Part shown: piece after piece, positions 1-10,854 of the stretch
Layout of the letters: each line of letters opens with the position of its first letter
How positions within the stretch are numbered: position 1 is the first letter of the stretch
NCBI GenBank assembly: GCA_032718475.1
Contig: JAUCBJ010007072.1
Span: 1-37,388, forward strand
DNA from: Nemertoderma westbladi
Taxonomy: Eukaryota; Animalia; Xenacoelomorpha
Length of the DNA stretch: 37,388 nucleotides
Direction: 5' to 3'
The notes under the pieces: generated by a model
Databases searched by the model: none
The model's input: only the letters and a program-made list of their open reading frames with translations
Told to the model about the DNA's origin: nothing
Translations under genes and position numbers: made by a program

Positions 1-1227
1 TGCTGCTTTTCTTTCTGCTTCTGCATCTGCTATAGCCGCCGCCATAGCCGCCGCCTTTTGTTCCTCTATCCTTCTTTTCTTTATTTGTTCTTCTCGGACT
101 CTAGTGAGGCGGAGTTTTTCATCACATTCAGCTTGGTTTGCAGCTAACATTTCGGCATCGATTGAGTCCAACACAAGCTTGGTTCCTTCACTATTAGGGG
201 AAAGTCCAGACAGCCGTCTCCTCAACTCTTCGTCTCCTAGGAATCGCTGATAGTCGGACAAATAAATGTCGATAGCGTCTCTAGTTCGCGGTTTCTCGGC
301 GGCCTCTTCGCTTTCCGCTTGAGCAAGGGTGACATCAGTTGGTTCTTCATAGGTTGATCTCTCAGCCAGCTGGGATTTCCACTGGGCCGTTTCCTGTACT
401 TTGAGATCTACCCGATGTAGCCAAGTTTTGACAGCAACCTGCAGCGACGTGTCCTGTCTTCTTTTGGAAGTTTCCTCAAAGGCTGAGAGGATTAGTCGAA
501 TGCGTAGGGTTCTTTCGCGTACTTGGTATAGCAGCTCTTCCTGCTCTTGAGGTCCGTGAGGTTGTCGAAACAGTTGTTCTTCCAATCGATCCAAGGATCC
601 GAAGAATCCCTGCACATATCCTGCTGCCGACCTCTTCCAAACAGCTGGATCCATTGTATCTTTAGCCACTCCCATCCTGTGTATATCTTCCCAAGTAGCC
701 TCGGACATATCCAACGGAAGTCCGGGTCCGGGAAAGTTCCATTGTGATTCAACAATAGATATCAATTCTTCCCTGGCGTATCCCACGTAATTATCTTGGG
801 TCGCTCGCTTATTCTTCGCCCAGTCGGCTTGATGTTCCTCCACCGCAATGAATATAGTAGTTAGCACTGCAGCAGGAAGAGTAAGAAGGGGGTCCGAGTA
901 GACTGTATCAGCCATCTGCACTCCATGTTCGGGAGTCAACTCTACAGTATCCGAACTGCTGGAGCTATCGGGTCGCGGGGAAGTAGGTTCTTGACCAAGA
1001 TGTTGCTGCGATAGGACAACTGCCTCTTGGTCCCGTTTTACCTGTGCCCGAGTGCCTATGATGGACCTATGGTGGACTAGCCTAGGGTCTGATACTACTG
1101 GAGGGATGACCTTTTTTACAGTAGGAGGTGAGCCGAACTCCTTTCTTATTCGCTCCACACTCCTATCTGAATCACAAATAGTTGTATCGATCAGACTGTC
1201 TGACAGGTTTTGCTGAGTGTCAGACAT
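1..1227 (-). CDS. 5' part (>=409 aa, runs off window) of the first ORF of LTR element A, Gag-like by position
   Basis: Hand translation from ATG at 1227 (MSDTQQNLSDSLIDTTICDS...EEQKAAAMAAAIADAEAERKAA) has no stop to base 1, so it is missing from the ORF track. It lies downstream of a 5' LTR and ends in a charged, coiled-coil-like stretch. No diagnostic Gag motif is visible. Confidence 0.7.
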   Translation of the reverse strand, partial: MSDTQQNLSDSLIDTTICDSDRSVERIRKEFGSPPTVKKVIPPVVSDPRLVHHRSIIGTRAQVKRDQEAVVLSQQHLGQEPTSPRPDSSSSSDTVELTPEHGVQMADTVYSDPLLTLPAAVLTTIFIAVEEHQADWAKNKRATQDNYVGYAREELISIVESQWNFPGPGLPLDMSEATWEDIHRMGVAKDTMDPAVWKRSAAGYVQGFFGSLDRLEEQLFRQPHGPQEQEELLYQVRERTLRIRLILSAFEETSKRRQDTSLQVAVKTWLHRVDLKVQETAQWKSQLAERSTYEEPTDVTLAQAESEEAAEKPRTRDAIDIYLSDYQRFLGDEELRRRLSGLSPNSEGTKLVLDSIDAEMLAANQAECDEKLRLTRVREEQIKKRRIEEQKAAAMAAAIADAEAERKAA

Positions 1228-1314
1228 GTTTAGTTATACAGTTGAATGTCTACTACTATAGTTTCAGTTAAAGCAAGTCTAGTAATTCAGTATGACCGCA
1301 AGCCTAGCGATTTA

Positions 1315-1610
1315 TTACCGGTACCGTTACTCAGTGTAACGTGATATATGCACAATATATTAGAATACCGGTATGCTTATAATATATAAGTATTATTACA
1401 GACTAGATTTGTCACAGAGTACCGGTATATAATTTTAGCACAAATATATATATATATATATAGTAGGCCTATAATGAATACCGGTATACAGCTTACACTT
1501 ACAGCATGTAAGTATAATTATGAACTAGAATTAATTACAGAGTACCGGTATGATTTCAGCTCAAATTTATAGAGATAAATATAATAAGCCTATAGTGAGT
1601 ACCGGTATGT
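1315..1610. repeat. Degenerate leader repeats built around the palindrome TACCGGTA
   Basis: TACCGGTA at about 1316, 1367, 1420, 1479, 1543 and 1600; alternate units share flanks (cacagagtaccggtat / tacagagtaccggtat). Confidence 0.65.
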
Positions 1611-2593
1611 CAATTATTTTTAGAATAATTGAATTCCTGAATATTTTAGGGTTACTTAGTTACTTTAACTTACTTTATTACCGTTATTTAAGCAGTAGTC
1701 CAACTGATAGTGAGACCTAGTTGTCGTATGGCAGGCCTACTATTTATAAATCGTTTGATTTGATTTATAATATTTATATACCCGTTTAAATGGGTTTTTT
1801 GTCAATATTTGAAATAAATGTTATTATTTCTGGGGAGTCACTACACAGAAGCTGTGCGCTCTCAGTGAAGTGCTATTTATTTGACACTAAAACTGATAAT
1901 TCTAATTTACCTAAGTTACTTAATACTACAAATTACTTACGATACGGGTGAGATTAAAATCTCTAATTAAACACAACAAAAATATTACGTACGAAATTTT
2001 TAGGGTAATTTTACAGGAAGTCTACAAACCAGCCCAACAAAGGGTTAGAATACTGGTTATTACAACGGACAGGGTACTACGGTATTTGAAATAATAAGTA
2101 GTAGTAAATATATTGTACTGTCCAGATAGGAAAATACCACCGCCTGACGACCTATAACCGTATCGCTATAGGTACTACGTTATGTATCACGGATTGTTCC
2201 TACCCAGAAGCTAATAGAGCTAACGAATGTGCCTATCAACCACTTTACAACACAAATATACTGCCTACACTAATTACTTCGGAAAGCACTGTACACTAAA
2301 CCCTAAATTAGGTACAAGTACCGGTATAACAAATAATCAGTAGTTAAATATACTTGAACAGTTAAAAGAACCACGGCATCTGCTGGAGTGACCGAAGCAC
2401 AAAATCTCCAGTCTTTACCTACGCCGAGCAGCCCTGATGTAGTACCGGGGTTAGTTTAACTATAACGGTATGTATAACAAGCACAATTACTGTAGGAATA
2501 AACTTGGGGACATGAATGTTGCGAATAATCGCATAAACTCTGAATAATAAATATTACGCTACCCGTACAGAATACTCAAACAAATACAAACCA

Positions 2594-3107
2594 AACGCTG
2601 GCAGACTACTATTAAGCCTAAACAAACTACAGTATGTGCAGATTCTGAAACTGTTAGTTAGTATGCGTTCTAACACGGTAGTACGACTTACTCTTTAAGA
2701 GGGGATTGACCTTACCGCTTATGGCTGCCCCAACTTACTAACGGCACTTGATCAGACCAACTCTACACACGCAGCAATCCCTTCAGACCTAAAAATAGCT
2801 AGACAACAATCCAGCCTACAAATATTTGAGTAATAACTATTACGGTACCTGAACAGACCACACAAACAAACACAGGCTAAAACACTGGCAGACTACGATC
2901 AAGCCTAAATAAACTACAGTATATGCAGACTCTGAAACTGTTAGTTAGTATGCGTTCTAACACGGTAGTACGACTTATTCTTTAAGAGGGGATTGACCTT
3001 ACCGCATATGGCTGCCCCAACTTACTAACGGCACTTTATCAGACAAACTCTACACACGCCGTAATCTCTCCAAACTCAACAACAGTCAGACAGCAGCTCA
3101 GCCTACA
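2594..3107. repeat. Diverged tandem duplication (~287-bp period) in element A leader
   Basis: 2594-2821 and 2881-3107 share long blocks, e.g. tctgaaactgttagttagtatgcgttctaacacggtagtacgac and ctttaagaggggattgaccttaccgc. Confidence 0.85.
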
Positions 3108-3414
3108 ATTATCTGAACAATCTGAGCAGGGTCACACGCCTTCTGCTCAATATTAGCCTACTTGGTGAATAAAACTGACAGAAATAGACCTAAGTAAAAT
3201 CCCAATAAAAACCAGGCGTCCCCGATTTAATATCGAGACCTACCGGTATACAATAATCAAAATCGAATAATACTAAATGTACTTGTACAGCAGTACCGGT
3301 ACCGGTGATGACAGTTAGGCCTACTGACCTACAGAAGCACCGGTTCAGTTTTACCAGTCACTACGGTATTTTTGCAACCTTATTGCCTACTGCAATAAGA
3401 GTATAAACTGTTAC

Positions 3415-4609
3415 TGTTCGCGCTTTTGAAGACCTTTAGCAGTTTAACCTGCCAAAATTTATATGTCTTTTCGTTAATTAAAACACCTTTAGCATACGAC
3501 AACAATTTATGCTAATACACAAAACATTAGCCGAAGTCAGCCCATGCGCGATCATTCACCCGATGGATCTACACCCGGGAGGCTGAATTCGGATGCTTAA
3601 ATTTTATTATTGCAGTGTAAGGTTGCAGTGTAAACTTACTGTATTATTCGATAGATCGTTAATAATTAATTTCTGACAGATATTATTGGCTTTCGGGAAA
3701 TATTAACAGTTCCTTTAGGACGTGGCGCTCTATCTATTTAAACAGAACTAGGACTTATACTAAACGCAACGATACTGCTTATGATTAAAGTATAAAGCGT
3801 ATTCTTTAGGAAATACTTTGTTACCAATCACAATCATACACACTATTCTGCCGACCGTCAGTATATTTGATCACACATAAAGAGAGCAGTAATTGACTCA
3901 TGTAGGGTCTGCTAAATAACATTAGATTCAATACACACCACATTAATATAAATCGCAATTGTTATGTATAGCCGGTCTCTCTAACCTGTAGTGTATCAAG
4001 AAAATTGGGAATTTGGGTGATTTATCCGTATTATCCAAAGAGCAATATTTCCATCAACAAATAGGTACAATTAATAACTGACGGTAAAATAACAGTACAA
4101 ACAATATGATTAATGCAGTTAAATTAAGTGAGTATGTTAATTAGTTTCGATTCGGTAACAGTTTATACTTTCGATAATTTAAGCAGTTTTACTAGAGTTC
4201 TTCCCAAAAAGCCGGTGTTATGGCGAAAATGGGAACACAACAACAGAATCATATAAAATCATATGACTACTACTACTATACGAGTATACCAAAACTCTTA
4301 TTCCACGAAGCCCCGTTCAACACAGAGGATGAGCAGTGAGATAGGAAATTCAGTTCAGTAGCGCTGGGATAGGTCGAAATCAACGCCTACGCAAATTCTA
4401 TTGGCCGACACGGACAGCAGGGTATAGGCTACCTCCCTAAACTAGTTGGCCGATTAAACTGAGCCCAGATATCTCCGTACAGCACATCAGCCAATAAGCT
4501 GGTAGCTTGCACTATTTTAGTTATAAATCCCTTTGAGAGTATTTCAGCGACCGGGGGGGAACTGGCCAGCAAAGGCAAACGTATCAGTTATCCCACAAAA
4601 GCTTTTACA
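3415..4609 (-). repeat. 5' LTR of family A element (1195 bp)
   Basis: Plus-strand ends tgttcgcgctttt...aaaagcttttaca are shared with 23039-24239; colinear internal blocks (e.g. aaatattaacagttcctttaggacgtggcgct); minus-strand AATAAA near 3603-3608. Confidence 0.85.
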
Positions 4610-5630
4610 GTAATGACGACTGTTAAAAACCGTTCCGGTCTCTACTACTAGGATCGGCATGCTGCATTGCAGCTGCATTTTTAAGAATGCTGTGCCAGCT
4701 TATCGACAAAATTGCACCGCCACAACTCCCTATCACCCATGACATTTGCTAGATCATCCGCATCTTCAAGGCCAGTGTCCTTTAAGATGCATCTCAAGAA
4801 AGTCATGGGCTGTCCACCATGCTTATTCACTCCATGAGGCTGCCAAAGTACAAGATTGTGCACTGGCTGGTCCTCATGGCGAAAGCAATGTCCTGCAAAG
4901 CGGAGGCGATTTTGTTCTAGTGTCAAGCTTGGGGGATCCAATGAGACACCTCCAATGTTATATAGTGTCTGGTTGGAGATGTGTGCATTGTACTTGATAC
5001 AATGAACCCGGCGTAGCATTCTTGTGAATGTGCCATCCAGAGATTTGGTGTCCTCAGCAGTTAGAACCCAGCATGGACTCCCATAGAGGAGTACTGGAAC
5101 TATTGCTGCTCTAAATAATCGGACCTTAGGTTTCCGATTAATTCTCGGTGACTTCCAAATCCTGGAAAGCCTATTCAAGGCTGCCCATGCCTTTCCCTTA
5201 CGTATTCGAAGGTCCTCACCTGACTATTGTTTCGGTCTCACAACTCTACAGATACCAACTGAATCATAATCCACGAGTACAATGGTTATATTGTTAACAC
5301 ATATTAGCTACTCCTACTGTACTGAGCGGCCTGACCAATAGATGCATTCCAATCACCAGTTTTCCACTCCCCCATGATTGGCTAACCTAATTAATTTCCA
5401 TCTCGCCACTCCCTGCTTCCACTATCCCCACGTGCTAGCCCTGCTAGCCCCTTTGTCACTCTGAGATGGTTTATGACCTCTCAACTTTCTTTGTGGCTGG
5501 CGATGTGTATCGCCTAAGTTGGTTATTAGGTGACATTATTATTGGTAATGTCACCTTCCAATCTATAATTTGTAAAATGCCACTTTGCCCATTTTCCGCT
5601 CGGTAGTGCAGGGAATTGAATCCGCTTTCA
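4610..5630 (-). repeat. Old family B LTR, split by an RTE insertion and cut by element A
   Basis: Minus strand begins TGAAAGCGGATTCAATTCC (cf. TGTAAGCGGATTCAATTCC at 31682), then aaaatgggcaaagtggcatttta, CCAAT, TATA-like and TTCAGTT. 4640-4610 (tttaacagtcgtca) resembles the next block of the 21807 LTR (tttaacaccgtca). Confidence 0.7.
4642..5215 (-). mobile_element. 5'-truncated RTE-clade LINE, copy 1 (C-terminal part of ORF, short 3' UTR, (TAG)n tail)
   Basis: DLRIRKGKAW...PVLLYGSPCW...RLRFAGHCFR...DRELWR motifs typical of RTE ORF C-termini; near-identical to 20352-20664 and 29013-29385. Confidence 0.88.
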
Positions 5631-6809
5631 AAATCATATACTCCCCAATAAATACATAATAATATTCTATAAAATACATAACTTCAAAATAAATAAATAT
5701 ACAAACCAATGTAAGATACTTTATGGAAATAATTCAACTAAATAATCAACAATATTAACATAAAAATATGACGCCTAAATGACCATAATAATATTATCAA
5801 ATGAATTAATGCAAGATATTATCACGTTACGTAATTCACAAACGTTCTATATAAGCTCCAGTCACAACACTCACTCACTCCTCGGAACAAGCATGTGTGT
5901 GACCCAGATTGTTGTTTAAAGATAACTTTCAATTGACCCCGATTATTTGCTAACCACCCAGCCATCAATTTGTTGAGGCTGTCGTCCGTTTATCCTGCAG
6001 TGCAAACAAATAGCTTTCATAATGTTCATAATCATGTCAGTCGACACTGACGATCAAGCTGATGATTCTTTCCACATGAATGAAACGACCTACTAACTGC
6101 GATGTCCACAAAGAACGATCCAATTTTTGCTCTCACTCCAACACTATGATGAATTTTATTGATGTCTTTGTTTGGTTGAAGGGTTCTTAACAATGGTTTT
6201 GGTGGATTATAATTTATCATATCGCCGTCAAGCAAACGTTGAACCATTGCCACATTCATACCATCCTCCATATTTCGCTGCTATGCCGTCAATATTGGTA
6301 CCAGCTGATCAACATTTTGTAAAAGAATAGATTCTAAAACCCGCCATTAATGATCCATTAATGACTCGTAATTAATGAAACTATTCTTTTATGTATTTTA
6401 AAGTTGACCTTAGGTGTTTAATGATATACGGTGTGTTCTAACCGGCATGTTTGAAGCCAATGTCAAACTTGTAATAAATTGCAAAACATATATGTTTTTA
6501 TAACAAATATTATTTTGGTATATGGTATTACTATCATCAGGGAAATGTTTAACAGCAACGGAATCTACATATAACATCAACTTTATCGCGGTATACACAG
6601 CACATAATTATATCTTTAGAGAATAATAAATATTTAATATATTGTTATTTCCACTGTAGTTGAACTACAGATATTATATATTTAGTAAGGCACACGTTCA
6701 CCTTGTCTTAATTAATTTTATTATATTATATATATTATTAATAAGCTCAACAATATGTTATACATTATATATCTTATTTCAACAGCAGTTGATATTTAAA
6801 AGTACAAAT

Positions 6810-8048
6810 TTATATTTTTCGGCCACATTTAAATATATTTGAATTAACAGCTTTCCTAAAACTCCCTACAAAAGTGTACATAATATAGAAATTGTTGCCA
6901 TAAACAACAGAGCCCAAGGTTGAAATGTAGGCAAAATATGTCGCGATATATTCAACAAACAAAAAATATGAATATTCTGCCACATTTGACGTTACCGGAT
7001 TGATATTCAAGGAATTTTCGAAAGCTATAAGTATGTTCCAGATGGCACTTAAAAAATCCTTGGCACTATTAAGTGTCGCTGTAATAAACATCATCTTTAC
7101 AGCTGCAGCCATTTTAGCTGTCGAAGGAGAATTTGGGTTTAATTTAACTAGCTTCTTTAACTTGAATACCATAAGTCCGTTTATAGCACACACTGAAATA
7201 ACTTGTACAGATGTTCTTATAGGAGTATAATATCTCAGAAATGAGACAGTTTTAAATGAGTGTATATTATGGGCCCTGTAATAACCTTCCAGAGCAATAT
7301 AATTTATTTCACCATTAATATATCTTATTTCACCAATATTTCTAATTACAGTTGGCCAGAACAGGACAACTATTGATATAATTGTTACTAATATAACTAC
7401 GTAAATCATGTTTATATTTTTCAATTTCGTATCTTTATACCAAAACGGGAAATACATAGCTGATAATCGTTCTATACCCATGATTAATGTTAGATTTCCA
7501 TCTATATGTTGACAAATCCATGCCATAACAGGCCACAGTAATTCAAATAACCAATAGGCAACATTTTTGCAATGAAAAACAATATATGCTCCATACTTAT
7601 CATTTTCTATTGCATAATCAGTAAACCACCACAGAAAATTACGGCCAAGCACAAAAAATTGACCAATTGATATTATTATATCAAGAACTGTTTTATATAA
7701 TAGCATTCTGTAAAACAGACTGTTGAATGATGGCTCGCGTATTATTGTTATTATAGTTATGGTATTTCCAAACAGCCCCAATATATTGTAAGTTGAAATG
7801 TATGGTGCTAGTATATAGTGAAAAATTGTATCAGCTTTAATGTAATTGACATATACGACCTCATATAAATAATCCCAATCAGATTGTAGGATATTGATGT
7901 AATGTCGGTGGTATAGATTAGAAATGGTTGTGTTAGCAACCGCTTCAACAGAGTCGTCTCCATTAGCATTAGAAGGAGAGGCATACATAAATATTATTGC
8001 GAAAAGTACACATGACTTTATATGACTGTAAAGCATTGTTGAAGACAT
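6810..8048 (-). CDS. Intronless rhodopsin-class 7TM GPCR, peptide/chemosensory (Srw/FMRFamide-receptor-like) type, with probable signal peptide
   Basis: Uninterrupted ORF of ~412 aa from first ATG. It has an N-terminal hydrophobic leader, GLFGN in TM1, LD in TM2, IERLSAMYFPFWYK (E/DRY-like) after TM3, NNFYIMY in TM7 and an SFRK helix-8 motif. Confidence 0.88.
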   Translation of the reverse strand: MSSTMLYSHIKSCVLFAIIFMYASPSNANGDDSVEAVANTTISNLYHRHYINILQSDWDYLYEVVYVNYIKADTIFHYILAPYISTYNILGLFGNTITIITIIREPSFNSLFYRMLLYKTVLDIIISIGQFFVLGRNFLWWFTDYAIENDKYGAYIVFHCKNVAYWLFELLWPVMAWICQHIDGNLTLIMGIERLSAMYFPFWYKDTKLKNINMIYVVILVTIISIVVLFWPTVIRNIGEIRYINGEINYIALEGYYRAHNIHSFKTVSFLRYYTPIRTSVQVISVCAINGLMVFKLKKLVKLNPNSPSTAKMAAAVKMMFITATLNSAKDFLSAIWNILIAFENSLNINPVTSNVAEYSYFLFVEYIATYFAYISTLGSVVYGNNFYIMYTFVGSFRKAVNSNIFKCGRKI

Positions 8049-8240
8049 GTTGAATTCTGACAACAAGAACTGAAATATGTAGAAATATATGTGATATTGA
8101 AGTTTAATATATGTATCAATAATTAATTAAAGTAATAGGAACACATGCAAAAATGTAACCAAATAATTGTTCACAGTATTTAAACAGGGTGCACTTCGTG
8201 TACCTGCTTAAATAAAGTGGAGACGGGGGGGGGGGGGGGG

Positions 8241-8428
8241 GGGGAACTCGACGCAAAACCCACCTTGGCAAAATAATATCCCGCCTCAATGTTAAATTCT
8301 TAATTTAGGTAAAGGAGCAGGTTGCAGCGGCACGTTATTTTAACCAAAACAATAAACTAAGCACAATAGAACAGGTTACAGTTTTATTTTTGAGAATAAT
8401 CAGCTGTTATTTGCGTCGAATTTCCCCT
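8241..8428. mobile_element. Probable small MITE
   Basis: Imperfect inverted repeats ggggaactcgacgcaaa / tttgcgtcgaatttcccc about 190 bp apart; no clear TSD. Confidence 0.45.
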
Positions 8429-9298
8429 GATGAATTTTTATTGTGTCCAGTTTCCCACCCTATCTGATAAAGTGATAATTACTTACAGTTAAACAGATAG
8501 CAATAATGTTGTTTCTCTGTTTCCAATTAATTTTTATTGCTTGATATTGGTGTGTCAAAAACATACTTCGTTCATCCCACGCCAGCCGGTTAGGTCCTAC
8601 CGTCTGTCTGCCTCTCATGGACTGACGGTCGGCCTGACATACAGTGTGTGTGGGTGTGCACGTCAGCACACAAACGGTACCTGCCGACTGTATCTGCTGG
8701 TACCGCGAACCATACAGTAGCCGCACTATGTTACCTACATCTTACCGTAGTCGCACTGTGTTACCTAGTTAGGGTCTGCTGCTATTGTACTATTGTTCCG
8801 TTATACTTATACTGTATATATATATATATTATACGTACACGTCGCTTTCACCTCGTTATTCCTATTCACTCTTACCACGAGACTTATGGCGCCAAGATAC
8901 TACTACTACTAGGTCGAGCGAACTCGGACAGTGAAAATGAGATCCTTCCAGGCTTCCCGATTCTCCATAGTTGTCGCAATTTCTTAATGGTGTAATTTTC
9001 CATGCATTCAATTACCCGAGAAAGGGCAATTCGTCGTCCTTCAATGCCTATTCGAAGTTAGGCGATACATTACTATTTTTGTGTATTCATTATAATTGTA
9101 CTACATGTAGTTGAATATGATGGTAGGAAATTGTTTTATTGTCTTTGTAGCAAATATAAATGGAATGCATTTACTAAACCTTACGATAAACTGCGTTCCT
9201 CTCATTTGAAAACTATGCTACTGAAATATAACACATTGCTTTGAAACATAGTGGCCATTGTATTATTGAAGCTTATAAATTGTATAATAATTTTATAT

Positions 9299-9847
9299 TG
9301 TGACGGGATCTACGGATCCCGGTTTATCCGTTGGGTTTTCTATCTACGCGTCCCCGCCGTGTGTGAAAGGTAAAAGAGTTCTGATGTTCGGTAATATGTA
9401 TAAAGGTATAATAGACTGATATAGCACAGTATAGTATGACACGGTTACCGGTAGATAAGTATGATGGCGGTAGCGGACGGTGACAGAAGTCCCCGTTCCA
9501 CCCTACTGATCTGACTGAGTAAACTAAACTGAATAGGGAAGCACCAACAGGTAATATATGTACTGCACAGTTGGCCATATTACTGTACCTAGTCGATGCT
9601 GTCCCCCCATTGGCTAATATCCCACTTCTCGCCCTTTCACCTTCCCTGGTGTGTTTCCCGTTGCCCCTGTTGTTCTCTCTCTGTTAGGGGTTTGGCCCCT
9701 GACCCTTATTGTGTGTGTCTCCTTTGGGGCCTATTGTCCCCGTTTACTGGGCTGACACGAGGTTGATTGGTAATCAACCTCGTGCTCCCAATATTGCTCA
9801 ACGGCTTACTTTGTGGGTTCATGTTAGCGGAATTGGATAAGCTAACA
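9299..9847 (-). repeat. 3' LTR of family B element
   Basis: Direct repeat of 15576-16124, preceded on the minus strand by a polypurine tract. Confidence 0.95.
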
Positions 9848-9856
9848 CTCCCCCCC
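9848..9856 (-). other. Polypurine tract
   Basis: GGGGGGGAG immediately 5' of the TGTTAGC LTR start on the minus strand. Confidence 0.85.
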
Positions 9857-10414
9857 ATGCTATCTTCCCGGTGAGAAGATAGCATCCACCAAAAAGTGCG
9901 CTACAATTACGCTGGATCCCGATCTAGTATCGGGTGTGGGGTGGGTCTATTTTTTTCGAAGTCGGCTTTCCAGGCCGCTCCCTATGGGTATGATGTCACT
10001 ACCCTCTGGCGTCTCGTGTCGGGCCGATCGTGCGCTTCTCTCACACAATTTTTGTTTCCCCAACACTTTCGCCCTGACTCTACTCTTCCTCTCCTCTCTT
10101 GCTCTAACTCTTGGACTTCCCTGTCCCTCACTCTTCCTCTCACTTCTCCCCCCCCCCACGCTTGAATTGCGCCCACACTAGCTAACTCCTACTAACTCTC
10201 TACTTCTACTAACTCTACTTGACTCATCTAAGTCTACCAACTCTCTAGCCCTTTAACTAGAACTCCCTAACAACCACTCTACTATCTGGCACCCTATGTG
10301 CCCTCTCTACTACTCTACTCTATCTCTAACTTACTTCCTTTACATCCACTCGCCTGCACGTGACGCTCTGAATGCCGGCAGAGTGGGTACGTTAATTATG
10401 TGAACTACTACTAA

Positions 10415-10701
10415 CTCTTACTAACTCTACTTCTATCTACGTGGCGCTAACGGTGCCCACAACCACAACCGGTACTACATACCCTCTTACTAACTGTACC
10501 TCTATCTACGTGGCGCTAACGGTGCCCACAACCACAACCGGTACTACGTACCCTCTTACTAACTCTACCTCTATCTACGTGGCGCTAACGGTGCCCACAA
10601 CCACAACCGGTACTACGTACCCTCTTACTAACTCTACCTCTATCTACGTGGCGCTAACGGTGCCCACAACCACAACCGGTACTACGTACCCTCTTACTAA
10701 C
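10415..10701. repeat. 69-bp tandem repeat, ~4 copies, in 3' non-coding part of element B
   Basis: gtggcgctaacggtgcccacaaccacaaccggtactacgtaccc... at 10441, 10510, 10579 and 10648. Confidence 0.95.
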
Positions 10702-10854
10702 CTCTAACTCCCACTAACTCTAATTAACATACCCTGCTCTTACATCAAACACATCATCACGCCCGTGCCCCACTAAGTTCAGCGCATCCCCTACTAACTC
10801 TAACTACGTGGCGCTTCCGGTGCCCACAACCACTCTACTACTAACTCTATTCTT

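Larger units (their letters stand above)
1..4609 (-). mobile_element. LTR retrotransposon family A, 5' portion (LTR + ~2.2-kb leader + ORF1), truncated by window edge
   Basis: TG...CA-bounded 1.2-kb unit homologous to 23039-24239, followed on the minus strand by a long leader and a long ORF. Confidence 0.75.

Noticed and set aside
5980-6090. Possible hammerhead ribozyme (CTGATGA...GAAAC)
   Set aside because: Stem II is out of register with the core and no stem I partner follows the candidate GTC.
6032-6271. 79-aa ORF
   Set aside because: No recognisable motif and flanked by stops; at most a decayed fragment.
8886-8912. TGGCGCC PBS-like motif followed by (TAC)n
   Set aside because: No CA-terminated LTR or partner repeat, and no RTE 3' UTR next to the (TAC)n.
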